Below are positions 60,167-64,000 of a stretch of DNA of 64,000 bases, piece after piece. The stretch lies in NCBI RefSeq assembly GCF_009914755.1, contig NC_060941.1, one strand, 5' to 3'. Under the pieces are notes generated by a model. That model saw nothing but the letters and a program-made list of their open reading frames with translations. It made no database searches and was not told the origin of the DNA. How positions within the stretch are numbered: the first letter of the stretch is position 1; the number at the start of each line of letters is the position of its first letter. The stretch comes from the human T2T-CHM13v2.0 reference genome, Homo sapiens. The position numbers and the translations under genes are program-made.

Positions 60167-61272
60167 TAAAAAATTGTAATAAGTGCACAAAATTAATCTT
60201 AGGCATGGATATGGAGCTCCATCACATGACTACTATTATATTGTGATCCTTGTCACACTTTATTTTTAAGATGACTCAGAGAAACAGTGAACTGGCGAAA
60301 TGTTTGGAAGGCTACTAGGTTATTTTGGCCCTGTCAGAAAGACCAAAATAATGGTTATAAAGTACTTTTTGAGATCTTCAAATGAAAGATGCCCAGAAAA
60401 AGACATTATTAATGTTGACTATGAAGATGTAGAGACAGGTATCTTTAGTTATTTGAAAAAGCTTATAAATAAAAGACAATGACTTAGTGACTTGAAAACA
60501 GAAATATCTGGCCTTACTTCTGATTTTCTATATGAATCATAACAAATCAAATGCACCCTTTAAAAATATGAACACTTGGGGTGACCACAGCTTCCTGAAG
60601 ACAGAAATGAATTTAACACAATAACCATCTCTGGACAGTGAAATTCACATTCCGCACCACCACCAGCCCAATTAAAGGGAAAGAATTTCGACTTGACAAT
60701 CTGCCCTTCAGTATCTCAGACCCAGGCTGAGGGCAGATCTAGTGACCTCCTCCTGAATAAAAAGGGGAAGGGGATTGGGCAGTAAATTCTGTCCTGGCGA
60801 ACATCAGCCTGGCAGTAAATCGGAATCCTCTCTGTGCCCTCTTTATTATCACATTCACAGCATGAAGTTATGAGCTTCCTCACAGCTCCTGCTATAAAAA
60901 TGTGATGGATGGTAGGGAAACCTCAGGGAGTTAATCTATTCTTCCATTAAATTTTACTTTAATTGGTCTGTGAGTCAATCAGAAACTCACTAGACAGTGA
61001 ATTAAGAAAGAAAAGAGTGAAATAGAAAAAGCTTTCTTTTGCAGTTACTATATTATAATGCAGAATTATTCTTCCATTGAAAGAAAACTGAGACCATTGG
61101 TCCATACAAATAATCCCTGGCTCTGTAAAGAAAATGAGAGAAAAACAGGCAACCATGAATCCTACTCACTGGTGACATTAACACATATGACATTACACAT
61201 ACTCACACGTATCTCACCAAGGAAAAGCAGGCTTCTCAGACCCCCTCCACCCCCACCAACAGTAATTAGAAT

Positions 61273-61282
61273 GAGAGAGAGA

Positions 61283-61326
<44 letters not shown>
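61273..61326 (+). repeat. (GA)n microsatellite with one CA interruption
   Basis: Read directly. Confidence 0.97.
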
Positions 61327-61331
<5 letters not shown>

Positions 61332-64000
61332 CTTGAATCATGGCCTCTAAGAAAATTAATACAAAGAAAAATAAGCTGTTGAGAACCTCTATCATCAGTA
61401 ACATAACTCTATAGGTACAAAAGAAGGTAGATGTTAAAGACCAAAGGTGGATCAGCTGAAATGTTCATGGATTCAGTTAGTAAAATGTTTGTGCAGTATT
61501 TAAGGCCATAATGGGCTCTGATAAAGATTCTCAGAATCTAATAATGGCCTCTCTGGACTTCTTGTCTAATTAGTGGAATAAGGAGCGAGCCAGCTTGGAA
61601 TTGAGCATTGCTAGATATGAGGGAGAAGGGAAAAAAAAAAGGCAAAGCTGCAAGAAAAATAAACCAGAGTAAAGGAGAAGAAAAACAAGAGCAGCCAGTG
61701 CTTTCAGAACTGCTCCTGAGCTGACAACTGAAGTTTATGCCTTGAAATATATGATAATAAGATTTTATGGGAGTGAGCCCCAGGGACCCAAATGTCTCTC
61801 TGTAAACAACGGACCTCAGGGAAAAGCCAAGGTTTGAGTAATGTACTCAGTCTCCACTCATGATAAAAAAATAAAAAAAGCAAAAAAGCAGTGAAGACAG
61901 GAAATAACTCCTTTTATTCTAACTGTAGAACCCTGAGTTGCAGCAAATGCCCTCTGAGGGCAAAGACAATTGACAACCAGTATAGAAATACAGTTGTCCC
62001 ATATTCAGACAAGGGATTTAAACCTCAGCAGCCTCAAAAACCTGAGGTTGTATGAGAAGAACCTAGTAAAGTGCTGCCTGTCCACCCTTTACACATGGGC
62101 AATATATGTCCAGAAACCAAATGGTTTATTGTGCAGTGTTGTTCCAGTGGAATTACTGGAGGGACATCAGAATGACCTAATCCTTGAAGCATGTGCCAGT
62201 TATCCCAGTGCTGCAAAGAGTTAAACCTGAAAGTGCTGCCTGTTCCCACTCGTTCACAATCCAGATTACCTAGAAAGATATTACCAGCTGAACTCCACAC
62301 ATAGTATGATGGCTTCCTTTGAAGACTTGGGTCAGGTAAAGCTCAAAGTTAGCCTTAAGCAACTACTAAACGATGAAAGTCCCTAGTGTACTCTGAGACT
62401 AAATCAGGTTGCCTTTAAAATTCTTCATCTTCAAAGACAACAGCTCTATCCTCTTTTTATAAATGTGAGGCCATGAGACAGCAAAGTGCTATTTCTACTG
62501 GCATTAGTTCCACCTTATATATTAAAAAGATATTTGTTGTGCCCTAATCACTCTGGGTCCAAGATCATAAGGGACCTTGTTTCTTGGTGGGAGGCTATAG
62601 TGTGAAAAGGTTACTTAGTCATCACTAGCCTCTAGCAATGCTGGAACACCACACATGGGGCTCCTCAAACAGGAAGTCAAAGCCAGTTCTGACCCCTGGA
62701 TGAACTCTGCATTTTCGGGCAAGAGGCCTGATGAATCTCCAGGGACAGTGCTGCCCTGTGTCTCTGTGTCCATATGTATGTGTTTACTCCTCTGTGTGCA
62801 TGTGTGGAGGTGGGTGGTACTGAAGGGAAGCAGGGTGTGAAGGTTCTGGATAATTATGAAAATTAGATCTTTTACAGCAGGCTTCAAGCTCAATTTGGGC
62901 TGACAGCTCATGAACAGATCATCTGAAGTCTTAATAGGCCAATGCTAGTTCAATAGTTGTATGGTTAAATCATGCACATTTGTGCCTCAGCTGACACAAA
63001 AAGCAGACCCAGATGCCTCACATGGATCATGCAGATAAGTCTATATTTAATACTCTTCCTCTCTCGGGGAAGGCCTAACAAAGCAAAACAAAACAGATCT
63101 AAAACCATGCTTAAAACTTTCACCAGCCAAAGAAACATTCCAACATTCTTTTCACTATAAAACATCTAATAGTAGAAATGATACATGATTGATAAAGTGA
63201 TTCTAAATATACTTAATTCTGGTGTCTTTTCAAAATATTTCTGAACCCAGCAGTAACAGATATAATCTTCCAAACTGGGAGTTTTTTCCATTTTTAGTTA
63301 CCTGTCCCAAAAGCACTTATTCTCTTACTTTCCATTCTTTGCTGGTAGTTTTGTACAATGATGTCAAGATATCAAGGCTCCTGACACATCCTGAATTCTG
63401 AAAGAATGTGCTTCCTGAATATTCCTGATAATGGGCTTAGTATCAAAGGGGTTAATGAGGTTGAGTTAAGACAGCATTTCCTGCTTGAAGGAGAACTGAG
63501 TCCAACAACACTAGAAGCATTTTCTTATTATTTTTCTCTGCGTTTGCAGTAACTGCTTCTCCTGGAAGCTTTACCTGGGGGAAGGGATAAAGCAATATCA
63601 CTAACCTGCCTGGCATCTGGCTTCCAGCAGGGAAAGAGGCTCATCCACCTCACCCCTCGGGCTTCTTTAACTGAATTAGCTGTATTAAGTGCCTTGGTAG
63701 CCCAGGGAATGAACGTCGTTGATCAGTGTGCCTGGAAAGGCATGTTTTCAGGGTATAATTCTGCCGGAGGAGAATGGACTCCCCAGCACATGGGCCTAAA
63801 CTGCAGAGTAACAGAGCCCTAAATCTCCAGTTACAGATTTACAGCCTCCATTCTCCTTCTTTACTGCAAATACAATCCGGCAGTAATGGTCTAACACAGC
63901 AACACCATCACCAACTGGCTGATGGCTCGCATAAAAGTAATGTCAACCAAAAACTATGAGTTTATAAAAGGGAACAAACCCTCAACAGTGACAAGAACAT

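Overview
Human (primate) genomic DNA, AT-rich and CpG-poor, from inside the SKAP1 (SKAP55) gene, which runs on the minus strand. Five coding exons can be read with canonical AG/GT boundaries: 10799-10876, 9219-9302, 6096-6220, 3764-3827 and 1424-1618. Spliced in that order they give one open frame encoding the PH domain and the acidic tyrosine-containing linker; by my recollection these are exons 5-9. Everything from 10877 to 64000 lies in one very long upstream intron. It contains about 30 Alus, L1/HAL1/L2/MIR/CR1/MER5/MLT/MER21 relics, a U6-L1 chimeric retrocopy and an LSM3 processed pseudogene nested in an MLT1 LTR. Almost every other ORF in the track is an Alu or microsatellite artefact. 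I found no clearly new multi-gene system. The best leads are: (1) a candidate in-frame 9-nt microexon at 7124-7132 that would alter the PH-domain beta3-beta4 loop; (2) an AG|GT recursive-splice-like site at 15333/15334; (3) inverted Alus around the symmetric exons, predicting a stop-free circRNA; (4) several short dispersed duplications that look like templated insertions; (5) a MER5B that has gained CpGs. Repeat family names come from remembered consensus sequences and their boundaries are approximate.
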